From NCBI GenBank assembly GCA_963422375.2, contig OY729428.2, positions 2,240,001 to 2,304,000 on the forward strand: 64,000 nt of DNA, read 5' to 3'. Below, piece after piece: positions 52,088 through 63,170 of this stretch; the first letter of the stretch is position 1, and every line of letters starts with the position of its first letter. Position numbers and translations under genes: made by a program. The DNA is from Bryobacterales bacterium (GTDB lineage: Bacteria > Acidobacteriota > Terriglobia > Bryobacterales > UBA6623). Under the pieces are notes generated by a model that saw only the letters and a program-made list of their open reading frames with translations, searched no databases and had not been told where the DNA came from.

Positions 52088-53359
52088 GTGCCGGCCCGCT
52101 ATCGCACGCTCGGGTTCCTGGTCGTCCTGATGATGATCACGTACATCGACAGGGTCTGCTTCAGCACCACCGCGAGCCCCATGGCCGAGGAGCTGGATCT
52201 GTCCCTCGAGCAGGTGGGGCTAGCCGGCTCGCTGTTCGTTCTCGGCTACGTTCTCTTCGAGATTCCCGGCGGCTGGCTGGCGGACCGGTTCGGTGCCCGG
52301 CGGATGCTGGCCCGCATCGTGATCTGGTGGTCGGCCTTCACCGGGATCTCTTGGAGCCTGGCCTCGCTAGCCACGATTCGCTTCCTGTTCGGATGCGGCG
52401 AGGCGGGAGCGTTTCCCGGCGCGACCTCGGCCATCGCGCGATGGTTCCCTCGCAACGAACTGGCCCGCGCGCAGTCCCTCGTGATGTTCGGAAGCCGGAT
52501 CGGATTCGCCATGACCTCGTGGATCGTGATCGCGCTGATGGCGAGCTACGGATGGCGGGGCGTCTACTGGATCTTCGCGGTGCTGGGGCTGATCTGGGCT
52601 CTGGCGTGGACATCGTGGTTCCGCGACGCCCCGGAAGAGCACGGAGCGGTAGGGCCCCGCGAGGCCTCCCTGATCCTCGAGCACCGCGCGGCCTCGAGCG
52701 GGCGCACGAAGGTGCCCGTCGGCGCCCTGCTCGCGAGTCGCAACGTGTGGGCTCTGTGCGGCATGTACTCCGGGTACACCTGGGGCCTCTACTTCTACAT
52801 CCAGTGGCTGCCGACCTACCTCGAGCAGGAACGGAACCTGGACCTTCCGGAGGTGGGCCCGACGGCGGCGGCGGTGCTGCTGTCGGGAGCCGTTGCGAAT
52901 CTAGCCGGCGGGTGGCTGAGCGACTACCTGGCCCCAAGACATGGCATCCGCGTCGCACGCCGGCTTCCCGCGATCACGGGCCTTCTGGCGGCGGGGGCGT
53001 TCCTCGCGCTGGCCGCCACCCTCGAGAGCAATCTCTCGGCGCTGGCGTGCCTAGGCCTGAGCTTCGGCTGCGCCGAGCTGATCCTGGCAGTAACCTGGGC
53101 TACCTGCCTCGACATCGGGGGATCGGCCGCCGGCGTAGTGTCCGGGACGATGAACTCGCTCGGACAGGTCGGCGGCGCGCTCGCGCCCTGGCTGATCGGA
53201 CTGATGGTGGACCGCACGGGAAGCTGGGAGATCCCCCTTCTTGTGTCCGCTGGCTACTACGTCATCAGCGCCCTGCTCTGGATGGGAATCGACCCCGCGA
53301 AGTGCCTGCGACTTGGAGCGGCGTCGGCTCCAGGCGCCTCCGCACCAGCGACAAGCTGA
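52088..53359 (+). CDS. MFS transporter, ACS (sugar-acid) family-like (start uncertain, 52022-52088)
   Basis: ITYIDR, EIPGGWLADRFGAR, RFLFGCGEAGAFP, SGTMNS. Confidence 0.88.
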   Translation: MPARYRTLGFLVVLMMITYIDRVCFSTTASPMAEELDLSLEQVGLAGSLFVLGYVLFEIPGGWLADRFGARRMLARIVIWWSAFTGISWSLASLATIRFLFGCGEAGAFPGATSAIARWFPRNELARAQSLVMFGSRIGFAMTSWIVIALMASYGWRGVYWIFAVLGLIWALAWTSWFRDAPEEHGAVGPREASLILEHRAASSGRTKVPVGALLASRNVWALCGMYSGYTWGLYFYIQWLPTYLEQERNLDLPEVGPTAAAVLLSGAVANLAGGWLSDYLAPRHGIRVARRLPAITGLLAAGAFLALAATLESNLSALACLGLSFGCAELILAVTWATCLDIGGSAAGVVSGTMNSLGQVGGALAPWLIGLMVDRTGSWEIPLLVSAGYYVISALLWMGIDPAKCLRLGAASAPGASAPATS

Positions 53360-53712
53360 TGCCGCCTGCGCGATTCGAAGACGCCCCGTACAGGAGGGCG
53401 CCCGACGAGGCCGATGTGAACCTGCGGGCGCACTTCGACTCGCTGAGCGAGGAGAAGCTGGCCCGGCTGGACCTCGATTGGGGGGATGCCGCTCTGATGG
53501 AGTGGGACGGAGACTTCCGCGACGACGGCTGCCTGATGATGGTCTGCTGCGACCGGGATGTCGGGATCAACGAATACCGGCGAGTGCTCGCGGAATTCCT
53601 CGAGTTCAGGAAGGCGCCAGCGACTGATCCGGAGCGGGTCCTCACGCGCCGGGCCGCTCCGACTGGAGAGAGTAGACTGATTCCTGGCGTTCGCTACCGC
53701 GGGTCGGGTTAG
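53359..53712 (+). CDS. Hypothetical acidic protein
   Basis: TGATG-coupled to the MFS gene; MEWDGDFRDDGCLMMVCC. Confidence 0.6.
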   Translation: MPPARFEDAPYRRAPDEADVNLRAHFDSLSEEKLARLDLDWGDAALMEWDGDFRDDGCLMMVCCDRDVGINEYRRVLAEFLEFRKAPATDPERVLTRRAAPTGESRLIPGVRYRGSG

Positions 53713-53749
53713 GACGCGCGGGCCCAAATGGAGTCTCCCACTACCCCTG

Positions 53750-55690
53750 ATGCGCGCAGCCCTTCCCATGACAAGACTTCGGTTTCCCTTCCCTGCCGGA
53801 CTGCTGCAGCTGCTCACGCTCCTCTGCCTTCAAGTCCTGCCCGCAAGCGGGCAGATCTACGACCCCGTCCAATGGACCCTGGAACTCGAAGCCGAGCAAG
53901 CGCCTCCGGGCAGCAAGGTGCTGGCGCGCCTGACAGCGGAGATCGAAGACAGCTGGCACATCTATTCGTCCACCACGCCTGCCGGAATCCCGTTGGACAT
54001 AGCCGTCGCCGCATCCGAAGCGGTTGCTGGCTGGCAGGCGTTCCAGCCCGACCCGGAGGTCGTGTTCGACCCCAACTTCCAACAGAACGTCGAATGGTAC
54101 TCCAGCGAGCCCGAGTTCCTCATTGAGCTGGAACTGTCCCCGGAAGCCTCCGGCCGGGTCGATGTCGAGGTCGCGGTCGGATACGGCGCGTGCGACCCGC
54201 GCCAGTGCCTGCCCCCCAAGCGCAAGAGCGCGAGCGCGCAGCTCGACATCGTTCGGAGCGCCATGGCATCGGCGCACGAAGTGCCGGACAGCTACCAGCC
54301 GGCCGCACGTAATCAGCGAGGCCAGCCCGCCTCCGCCCAGGCCGCCGTCGCAGCGGTCCTCGCGGAGACGCCAGCGCAATTCGAGTCACCGGAACAAGGG
54401 CTGTTCCGCTTCGCCTTGGTCGCGCTCGGGTTCGGTTTCGTCGCAGTCCTGACCCCGTGCGTGTTCCCGATGATCCCGATCTACATGGGCAGCTTCCTTG
54501 GCGGGGGCGCACGCCCCTGGCGGGCGGTGCTGCGGCAGGCCGGAACGTTCTGCCTCGGAGTCATCCTGCTCTTCACGGGGATCGGCGGGGCGCTCAGCGC
54601 ATTCCTCGGGCCGTTCGGACTAGGCCAGATCGGCTCCAGCCTGTGGGTCAACCTTTTCATCGCCGCCGTGATGTTCGCGTTCGGCGCGAGCATGCTCGGG
54701 GCGTTCGAGCTCTCGCTGCCCAGCCGCTGGACCACCGGGGCCAGCACCCGCTCGACCGGCAGCGGCCCCGTCGCCACGCTGATGCTGAGCCTCGTGTTCA
54801 CGCTGGCCTCCTTCGCATGCACCGGTCCGTTTGTCGGTTCGCTGCTGGCCGGGTCAATCGGGGAGGGGGGGATGGCGTACCCGGTGCTAGGCATGGGGGT
54901 GTTCGCGACCGGCCTCTCGGCCCCCTTCTTCGTCCTAGCGTTGTTCCCGAAGCTGATGGACCGGCTGCCTCGGAGCGGGGGCTGGCTTGCGATGTCCAAG
55001 CGGGCCGCAGGGCTAGTGCTTCTCGCAGTCGGCCTGAAGTATCTGGGCATCGCCGACCGCCTAGTCGGGTGGGACCTGCTGACGAGGGAACGGTTCCTGG
55101 CGATCTGGATCGTGCTGTTCGGCACTGCCGCCCTGTACCTGTGGGGCGTTCTCCGCATGGAGCACGACGGGCCGACGGAAGGGATCGGTCTCGTGCGGCT
55201 CGGCACCGGCGGGGCGTTTCTGGCCCTCGCCATCAGCCTGGTCCCCGGCATGTTCGGCGGCCGCCTGGGAGAGCTCGACGCGTACGTCCCGGAAGGGGCG
55301 GCCGCAGGCCTGGCGGCTCCGGGAGGAGGCGGCCTCTCCTGGATCAAGAACGATTACGACGGGGCGAGCGCCAAGGCGACCGCCGAGGGCAAGACGCTGC
55401 TCGTCAGCTTCACGGGGTACTCCTGCTCCAACTGCAAATGGATGAAGGCCAACATGTTCACCAGGCCGGAGGTCGGCGAGCTGCTCGAGAAGACGGTCCT
55501 GGTCGAGCTCTACACCGACGGATTCGACGAAGCAAGCGAGCGTCACCAAGAGATGCAAGTCGAACGTTTCCGGTCGTCCAGCACCCCGTTCTACGCCCTG
55601 ATGCGTCCGGACGGCACAGTGGCGGCCACGTTCTCCGGCCAGACAAGGGACGTCTCGGAGTTCCGCAGCTTCCTGCAAAGCGCGTCCTGA
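53750..55690 (+). CDS. dsbD: DsbD-type thiol:disulfide interchange protein
   Basis: N-domain CDPRQCLPP, TM LTPCVFPMIP and FACTGP, thioredoxin CSNC. Confidence 0.85.
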   Translation: MRAALPMTRLRFPFPAGLLQLLTLLCLQVLPASGQIYDPVQWTLELEAEQAPPGSKVLARLTAEIEDSWHIYSSTTPAGIPLDIAVAASEAVAGWQAFQPDPEVVFDPNFQQNVEWYSSEPEFLIELELSPEASGRVDVEVAVGYGACDPRQCLPPKRKSASAQLDIVRSAMASAHEVPDSYQPAARNQRGQPASAQAAVAAVLAETPAQFESPEQGLFRFALVALGFGFVAVLTPCVFPMIPIYMGSFLGGGARPWRAVLRQAGTFCLGVILLFTGIGGALSAFLGPFGLGQIGSSLWVNLFIAAVMFAFGASMLGAFELSLPSRWTTGASTRSTGSGPVATLMLSLVFTLASFACTGPFVGSLLAGSIGEGGMAYPVLGMGVFATGLSAPFFVLALFPKLMDRLPRSGGWLAMSKRAAGLVLLAVGLKYLGIADRLVGWDLLTRERFLAIWIVLFGTAALYLWGVLRMEHDGPTEGIGLVRLGTGGAFLALAISLVPGMFGGRLGELDAYVPEGAAAGLAAPGGGGLSWIKNDYDGASAKATAEGKTLLVSFTGYSCSNCKWMKANMFTRPEVGELLEKTVLVELYTDGFDEASERHQEMQVERFRSSSTPFYALMRPDGTVAATFSGQTRDVSEFRSFLQSAS

Positions 55691-56208
55691 TGACCGCTGG
55701 GACGACCTCGGCGATGCGACCGGAGCGCGAAGGGACCAGCGTCCCCAGCCCCAGGCGGCGCGGCCTGACCTGCCTAGCCGCAGCGGCGCTTCTCGCGAAC
55801 GCGCAGGCACCCCCAAGCCAGCACGAGGAGTCGGGGGCCGACAGCGGCCAGCGCCTCTTCGAAAGCTACTGCTCAGCCTGCCACCAATACGACCGGCAAG
55901 GCATGGGCGAGGCGCCCCCGCTCGACAGCTCGCCGTGGGTCGCGGGCCCGCCCGAGCGCTTGATCCGGATCGTGCTCCACGGCGTCGAAGGCCGCATCGA
56001 GATCGAGGGCAAGGTTTATGACCGGGAAATGCCTGGTTTCGGCGGCACGCTCTCGGACCGCCAGACAGCCGCGCTAGCCACCTACGCACGGTCGAGATTC
56101 GGGGCTGGCCCGGAGCCCGTCCCGGTGGCGGAAGTCCGGCGGGTCCGCCAAGCCCACGCCGGCAGGACCCGCTACTGGCCGGCCTCGGAACTGCTTGAGC
56201 TGCGCTAG
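55690..56208 (+). CDS. Monoheme cytochrome c
   Basis: CSACH, PPL, distal MPGF; TGATG-coupled to dsbD. Confidence 0.88.
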   Translation: MTAGTTSAMRPEREGTSVPSPRRRGLTCLAAAALLANAQAPPSQHEESGADSGQRLFESYCSACHQYDRQGMGEAPPLDSSPWVAGPPERLIRIVLHGVEGRIEIEGKVYDREMPGFGGTLSDRQTAALATYARSRFGAGPEPVPVAEVRRVRQAHAGRTRYWPASELLELR

Positions 56209-57299
56209 TCGATGTGCTTGCGGCCCAGTCCGAACTCGTTGCCGATCCGCACGAGCTTCCCGTCCCTCATGTGGACTTCCACGAACTTCGAACCGCTGAC
56301 AGGCTGACCGGTCTCGTCCTTCAGCGTCGCCACCAGCTGCTTGGTCTTCACATCGAACACGTCGGGCGTATGGCTCCAAGCGTACTTGCCGTCCAAGCTG
56401 AAGGTCACCCAGCCGTGTCCGACCTGAGACAGCTCGACATGGCCCTTGGGGGCCGGCGGCATTCTCGTCGAGTCGAAGATGAAGAGCTTCCGGCCCTTCT
56501 GGTCGCTGATCCACAGCTCGGTCTCGTCGGGCGTCAGGCCGACGCCGTGCGTGCGGTGCGGGATCTTGTCCTCGCCGGCGAAGACCCGGTGGATCGCCTG
56601 GCCGGCCTTCAGGTCCACGACGTCGAAACCGACGTGGTTGCCCAAGCAGACGTACGCGTAGTCCTCCCTGCTGTCGATCGTGAACGGAAAGATGCCGCGC
56701 TCCCCGACGTCATTGACCTGCATGATCATCTCGTCCGTGCCTGTGTCGAAGACCGACAGCGTGGTCGTCGTCCCGAGGTAGACCTTGGTGCCGGAGAGGT
56801 TGACGATGCTGTTGTGCGCTTGGAGCCCGACCTTGAGCCTCTTGATGATCTTGCCCGTCTCGCCGTCGACGACGAGAAATCCGCTGTCCTCGCCCTTGTA
56901 CCACCATCCGGTCGGGACGTAAATCTTCTTTCCGTCAAGCGTCACCGAGGATCGGTCGCACCCCGCCTCGTAGAGCTGCTCCCAGACCACCTCCTCGCTC
57001 TCGATGTCGAACCGCCCCAGCCGGTGGTTGGTCGATGAGTAGTAGACGCTGTGCTTCTCGAGGTTCCCGGCAAACCCACGCAGACCCTCCTCGAAGACCG
57101 GCATGTCGATCCGGCGCACGAACTTGTGAGCGTTGTCGATGTCGAAGATGAGGATGCCGGGCTTGGAGCGCCCCTCCTTCTGTGCGCCGTCGGGCATGCT
57201 CATGTAGAGGTACCGCCTGACCTCTCCTGAGCCCGCCCCGGCCAGCAGGGGCAATGCAATGCAAAGGGCGAGGGCTAGGGAGAGCACGAGGCGTCGCAT
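56205..57299 (-). CDS. Secreted YncE-like beta-propeller protein
   Basis: Signal peptide; repeats such as SVTLDGKKIYV, LTPDETELWI, FSLDGKYAW. Confidence 0.75.
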   Translation of the reverse strand: MRRLVLSLALALCIALPLLAGAGSGEVRRYLYMSMPDGAQKEGRSKPGILIFDIDNAHKFVRRIDMPVFEEGLRGFAGNLEKHSVYYSSTNHRLGRFDIESEEVVWEQLYEAGCDRSSVTLDGKKIYVPTGWWYKGEDSGFLVVDGETGKIIKRLKVGLQAHNSIVNLSGTKVYLGTTTTLSVFDTGTDEMIMQVNDVGERGIFPFTIDSREDYAYVCLGNHVGFDVVDLKAGQAIHRVFAGEDKIPHRTHGVGLTPDETELWISDQKGRKLFIFDSTRMPPAPKGHVELSQVGHGWVTFSLDGKYAWSHTPDVFDVKTKQLVATLKDETGQPVSGSKFVEVHMRDGKLVRIGNEFGLGRKHID

Positions 57300-57485
57300 G
57301 GCACAATCTTACCTGCCCGCAGGCTGGAGGTCAAGGCTCCCCTGCCCTCGATTCTTTCGTCCGTCCCACCCATGTCGTGCAAGCAAGTCTTTTCTTGACA
57401 ACGGTTTATGCGAGCATTGCAGAGGTGGATTTTCAGCTTCCGAAGCCCTTGCATCCCAACACCGGCCCATGAGTCCAACTCTCAG

Positions 57486-57589
57486 TGCGCACTTCGGCCG
57501 CACACAAATGACCCGAGCTAGACGCCGACCTTCCCGATCAGAGCAGTTCTAGCCGAATATGGCGTTGTCGGCCCTCAAATATAATTTCC
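57486..57589 (+). mobile_element. Degenerate solo right end of the GGGAATTAT-type IS1595 element
   Basis: Matches the reverse complement of 61774-61880 with substitutions. Confidence 0.75.
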
Positions 57590-57635
57590 AAACGAATGCT
57601 ATTGGTCTCAGCCGGGGATCTGCTATACTGCTGGT

Positions 57636-58122
57636 ATGAGACAACTTGCAATGGCGCTGCTCGGAGCGACCCTAGCCGTTCCCGTCACCGCACAGCACAA
57701 GCTCTTCGTCGAACCCGCGGATCTTGCGGAGCCCCCCCCCCCCCGACGCGCTCTGGGTTCCGGCCAACTTCAGCGGTGAGCTGAAGGCGTCTGTCGGTCA
57801 GTTCGTCCCGCAAGTGCAATTGGTCGCGGACGCGGACGACGCGAATTTGGTGCTGCGGCATACCGCCACGGAGCGAAGCCGGGGACAAAGCACCGCCAAG
57901 CGCCTGCTGGTAGGTCGCGGCGCAAGCGCCCGCGCCTCGGCGGAGCTGGTGGACGGCTGCGGCGTAATCCTGTGGACAACGACTGCCAAGGACACTTCCC
58001 GCCTGCTGGCGGCTACGGTCGGCGATTTCGCCAAGTCGGGCCCCGGCAAGGTAGCGGACCGAATCGCGAATCGACTTAGGGGCGCCCTGCTCAAGGGCGG
58101 CATCAATCCCTGCTCGCGGTAG
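57636..58122 (+). pseudogene. Secreted hypothetical protein frameshifted at a C13 tract
   Basis: MRQLAMALLGATLAVPVTA signal peptide; C13 at 57732-57744; removing one C joins ORF 57724..58122 to give 161 aa. Confidence 0.7.
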
Positions 58123-58297
58123 TCCGCTGGCTCCGGCGAACTAAGTGGTGCTTGTGACAGAACGAGCAAGCCCTTAGTTTCCAGGCGGTTGCAGCAGGTC
58201 CATGGGACGAAGATCGGGCCGATCCGGGGCGGCTTGCGCGACAATCTTCGTTGAGGAACCCCCCGTGAGGACCGTTCAGGAGAACCAGCTCACCCTT

Positions 58298-58630
58298 CTT
58301 CCGAAGGCTATGGGTCTTGGAGACACACCCCCACGGTCCGCCCCGGCGAGACGTTTCGACGGCCCGGTGGTTGGATTGACGTCAAGGACCGGCGCGGGGC
58401 GCCGTTCGTGCGGGCCTCCCTTTCGCTCGCGCTGAGGGACCGGGCATCCGGGCAGGGCCCGTCCTAGGCGAATGCCGGCCCCTCAGCGGCTCCGGACCCC
58501 GGCTCCAGGGCCGGAGCGGACTCGGCCAGCCGCCGCTTCTCGCACGCCGTCGGCGCTTCCGGGTCGATGACCGGATCGCGTTAGGGCACGCCGTCGCACA
58601 GCATCGCGAACGCGATGCGCACGATCTTGC
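58298..58630 (-). mobile_element. IS110-family 3' remnant
   Basis: Minus strand reads KIVRIAFAMLCDGVP*RDP, resembling the IS110 C-terminal K..RI..AML..G.PY motif, followed by a non-coding tail. Confidence 0.5.
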
Positions 58631-59747
58631 CGACGGGACCGCGCCACGAACGCAGTGGCCGCGCGGCCGCTGCCGGGCACCGCCAAGGGCGACCTGCAGG
58701 GCTTCGCGCGCGCCCGCGTCGCGCCGGGCGCGCAGCTCCGCTCCGACGAGGCGGCGGCCTACGCCGGCATGGCGGAGTTCCCGCACGAAGCTGTCAGGCA
58801 CTCCGGCGGCGAGTACGTGCGCGGGGCGGCGCATACGAACGGCATCGAATCGTTTTGGTCCCTGTTCAAGCGCGGCCTGTACGGCACCTATCACCGGATG
58901 AGCGTCCGTCATCTCGGCCGCTACCTCACGGAGTTCGCGGGACGGTGCAACGACCGCGACTGCGACACGGCGGAACGGATGCGGCGCATGGCGCGGGGCC
59001 TGGTCGGCCGGACGCTGACCTACCGGCAGCTGACCGGCAAGGCCGCGGTCGCGGCCTGAGCGGCGCCCGCCGCGCTGAGCGCGGCAGCCCGCTGCGGGCG
59101 CGCTCTTCACGCTCGGTGCGCTGCACGCTCGGTACGAGGGGCGCACCGGATGCGGAATGCCCCGGCGCGACCCCGGTCCGGACCGTCCATGCAGGCCGTC
59201 GAGCGCCGGGGATCCGCTGTCTTCGGCCCTCGCAGGGCCTGCAAGCGGCTTGCAAGGCGTGCCCTGCCACCGCCAACCGGGTTCCGCCGGGGCATGCGAG
59301 GCGGCCTCTCTAGTCCGTTCCTCGTCAAGTCCGCTGGCAGGCTCGATTCAGATACGATCCCACCCCACTCCACCCCTCTGTGCCCGCCGCGGCCGCACTC
59401 GCATGACCCCAGCTCGACACCCACCTCCCTGCTCACAGCAGTTCTAGTCGGACATGGCGTTGTCGGCACTCAGATATATAGTGCCCGTGACAAAACTCGT
59501 ATGCCCTTGACAACAAAGGCGTTAGGTCCAATCTCTCAAGGCGAAGATTTCGTTGGAATGCTACGACTAATCCGCAATCCTGGCGATTCTGGGTAGAGCG
59601 CGGAAATCTTCGCGATGGGCGTCTGAGCAACTTCCGACCTTGGGCCCTATATGTTGTGTTTGGAGATCCATCCGACATCAGGATGTAGTATGAAATGCTG
59701 ATCAGGCCAGAATTCAGGGGTTTTGTCACAAGCACTACATAATTCCC
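58631..59747 (+). mobile_element. IS1595-family copy B (5'-truncated; transposase remnant ends 59059)
   Basis: Near-identical to copy A 3' half; terminal IR split by a MITE and completed by ATTCCC at 59742-59747. Confidence 0.9.
59481..59735. mobile_element. 255-bp MITE with ISDol1-like ends
   Basis: Ends GTGCCCGTGACAAAAC and GTTTTGTCACAAGCAC; flanks TATATA / TACATA. Confidence 0.85.
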
Positions 59748-59968
59748 AAATCAATCAGCTGGTCGTGCAGGCAGGGCACGCGCTGGCGGGGTACGAGGAA
59801 GGCGATCCGCTGAAGGCGCGGTGCGACTCGTTCGTGGTGGGAACGAGCGTGCATTACCCGACGGACGTAAGTCTGCTGTGGGACGCGTTGCGCTGCCTGA
59901 TTCGCTCTATTGCGCCGCTGTGCAAGGGGCGCGGTATCGCGGGCTGGCGGCAGAGCGCGCAGATGCTC

Positions 59969-61600
59969 AGAGTTCCGAACATAGGCAGTTTTACGTTGTC
60001 CAAGAGGCTCGCGTCGGAGGGGCGCGGGACGGTGTGGCCGGGGCGATGGACCGGCCGCAGGGACTCGCGGACGGCCTTGGGGCGAGCAGCCGCGGAGGCA
60101 TGGATCGGGGCCGTGGTACCGGCACGTTCGAGCGGGAGAGCGGTGTCGCCGGTAACTGCGCCGGCCAGCCGGCGGGGACGGGTGCCGGGAGCGGTCCGGT
60201 CACCTCCGGGGAAGGCCGTCGGAGGCGACCGCGGACGCTCCGCGCGGAACCCGCCGCGGTTGGTCGCGGCTGGCTCGGGACCCGGCCGGGGGCCGCGGCC
60301 GGGCCGCCGGGGAGGCCCGCGCTTCCAGCGCTCCGCCCGAGGAGCCGCGCTAGGCCCCCGCCGGGCGCGTCGGAGCGGCCGGCAGGATTTCGTAGACCAA
60401 GCGCAGGTCCGTGCCGGGGAACACCGCCCGGGCGCGGTTGAGATCCGCGATCAGCGGTCCGAGCGCCTCGTCGCGGGCCCGCCTGGATTGGTGCAGCAGG
60501 CTCACGGCGAGGGTGCCCGCGGCCGGGTCCGGGCGCAGGCCGGCCGCGCTGCGGAACAGCGCCTGCAGCAGCTCGCGGGCCGGCTCGGGCGCGACCACGG
60601 CCGCCATGGCCGTCTCGGCCCGGCAGGCCGCCATGCGCGCGGTCTCGAGACAGGTGGCGCAGCGGCGCGGGCAGGACCGTCACGCGGTCCTCCGGGTCCA
60701 GCTCGCCCGCCGGGACGTGCTGCCGGCAGTGGCTCATGCCCCATGCCAGGCCCTTCTCGAGCGTGTCGGCCGCGGCCGGCTGCGCTTGCAGCCGGCGGCG
60801 CAGCCGGCCGAGGCACTCCTCGGTCCTCTCGCGCAGGTTCCCGGCCACGCGCCAGGGCGAGTTGGTCACCCGCGTGTCCGGAGCGACCTCCGCCAGGGCG
60901 TGCTCGGCCAGGGTGTCGAGGCCGAACTCGCTGCGCATGTACTTGAAGAAGTTCTCCTGCGTCCAGCGCGAGCGCAGCAGGCCCGCCACCTGCTCGGCGG
61001 ACAGGCTCGGGTGCGTCGTCAGCGCGGACGGCTGGCGCCGGCCCGGGCCCGGCGCGCCGGCGCGTTGCAGGGGCTGGCGCGGCGGTCGCCCGCGCCCGGC
61101 TGGCGCCGGTCGATCCGGAAGCGGATCTCGCGCGCCTTGACGCCGCCGCCCGGGGCGAAGGGCCGCTCGGCGATGCAGCCTGCCAGCTGCACCGGGCCCG
61201 AAGGGGCCTGCGCGGTGATCGCGGCCGCCTTGAAGTCGGCCTCGGGCCAGCGTTGCTCCCGCTCGTCCTTGATCCACGTGACCACGGCCACGACCTGCCG
61301 CCACAGCTGGCGGAACCGTTCCGGGCTCCAGCCGTCGCGGTCGAACACCAGCGTCAGCCGCGGCGGCGGCTCGCCCTCGGGCGGGTCCGAACCCGCCGGC
61401 AGCAGGCCCTGCGCGAGCAGCGACCGCACCAAGTCCGCCAGCGCCCGGACCATGCCGGGGTCGGCCTGGCAGTGCAGGCACGGCAGGGGCGCGCCGCCGA
61501 GAGCCGCGACCCAGTAGCTGACCGAGGCCGGCAGGGCCAGCCTCAGCCGCGGCACGCAGTGCTTGAGCAAGTTGCCGCGGCCGTGGTAGACGATTTCGAG
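59969..61600 (-). mobile_element. Degraded DDE-type element; transposase pseudogene about 60350-61600
   Basis: VYHG..LLKH, YWV, LTLVFDRDGWSP, SRWTQENFFKYM..EFGLD, VFPGTDLRLVYE spread over three frames. Confidence 0.8.
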
Positions 61601-61773
61601 GGGAATTATATATCTGAGTGCCGAGGCAACCGATTTTGCAAATTATCAGTCCATAAATTAATTTCATATTTCTTCCGGAGATCTGTTGACATTCGGTGGA
61701 TTATTTTGGTAGAATAGTTCCAATATATGAGGTCGTCTATGAAGCAGAAAGGTCCCGGGAAGTGGTTTCGTAA
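61601..61773 (+). mobile_element. IS1595-family copy D, left end only (interrupted by copy C)
   Basis: 24-bp IR, promoter 61686-61715, ATG 61739 MKQKGPGKWFRK. Confidence 0.9.
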
Positions 61774-63170
61774 GGGAATTATATATCTGAGTGCCGACAA
61801 CGCCATGTCCGACGAGAACTGCTCTGATCAGGGAGGTCGGCGTCTAGCTCGGGTCATTCGAATGCGGCCGCGGTAGGCACAGCAAGGTGGGATCGTATCT
61901 GAATCGAGCCTGCCAGCGGATGTGACGAGGAAGGGACTAGAGAGGCCGTCTCGCATGCCCCGGTGGAACCCGGTTGGCGGTGGCAGGGCACCCCTTGCAA
62001 GCCGATTGCAGGCCCTGCGAGGACCGAAGACAGCGGATCCCCTGCGCTCGACGGCCTGCATGGATGGTCCGGGCCGGACTCGGGTCGCACCGGGCCATGC
62101 CGGATCCGGCGCGCCCCTCGCACCGAGCGTGAAGCGCATCGAGCGTGAAGAGTGCGCCCGCAGCGGGCTGCGGCGCTCGGCTCGGAGGGCGCCGCTCAGG
62201 CCGCGACCGCGGCCTTGCCGGTCAGCTGCCGGTAGGTCAGCGTCTTGCCGACCAAGCCCCGCGCCATGCGCCGCATCCGTTCCGCCGTGTCGCAGTCGCG
62301 GTCGTTGCACCGTCCCGCGAACTCCGTCAGGTAGCGACCCGGATGACGGACGCTCATCCGGTGATAGGTTCCGTACAGGCCGCGCTTGAACAGGGACCAA
62401 AACGACTCGATGCCGTTCGTATGCGCCGCCCCGCGCACGAAGCCCTGCAGGTCGCCCTTGGCGGTGCCCGGCAGCGGCCGCGCGGCCACTGCGTTCGTGG
62501 CGCGGTCCCGCGCCCCCGCCACCGGGGTCTTGCCGACGGGCCCGCGCCCGGCGCGGGCCTTCTTCCTCTCGTGCTTGTTGCGTTCCTTCTTGTTGCGCTC
62601 CTTGCCGCCGACGCAGGTCTCGTCCACCTCCGCCGGGCCGGCGAACAGGCCCTGATCGCGCTCCCGGCACGCCCGGATGCGGTGCGCGAGGTGCCAGGCC
62701 GACTTCCGGCTGACGCCCGGGTCGCGGTGCAGCTTCATGCTCGAGACGCCCTTGAGGCCGGTGGTCAGCAGGAACAGGGCCACGGCCCGGGTGCGGTAGC
62801 CGAGGCTGCCGGTGCGCACGGAAAAGCGCTTGCCGCAGCCGCGGCAACGGTACGGCATCGAAGGGTGGGCCGTGCCGGACTGCACGCTGGAGCCGCGGCA
62901 GTGGGGGCACGCGGGACCGTCCGGCCAGCGCATGGAGGCGAACCACTTTTCCGCGGATTCGTTATCGCGGAACATGGCGATCACGTCAATCAGAGTGAGG
63001 CCTTTACGAAACCACTCCCCGGGACCATTCTGCTTCATAGACGACCTCATATACTGGAACTATTCTATCAAGAAAATCCACAGACTGTCAATAGATATCC
63101 GGAAGAAATATCAAATTAATTTATGGATTGATAACTTGCCAAATCGGTTGCCTCGGCACTCAGATATATA
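61774..63170 (-). mobile_element. IS1595-family copy C; transposase 62196-63038 with in-frame deletions
   Basis: IR at 61774; second IR cut after TATATA at 63170; lacks the SDE segment present in copies A and B. Confidence 0.92.

Larger units (their letters stand above)
58148..59968 (+). mobile_element. Fragmented ISDol1-like (ISNCY) element X: left end 58148-58297 and internal piece 59748-59968
   Basis: Both pieces align with the copy starting at 63171 (MRTVQE.QLTL; CDSFVV..VHYPTD.SLLWDA). Confidence 0.8.

Noticed and set aside
15905..56208. Long antisense or shifted-frame ORFs (15905..17692, 20604..22340, 25769..27520, 47237..48724, most of 54457..56208)
   Set aside because: Shadows of real genes caused by high GC3; only the 3' parts of 52327..53712 and 54457..56208 are real genes.
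30621..63170. Repeated 24-bp GGGAATTATATATCTGAGTGCCGA as a CRISPR repeat
   Set aside because: Occurs as dispersed inverted pairs around transposases with an 8-bp TSD; no spacers and no cas genes.
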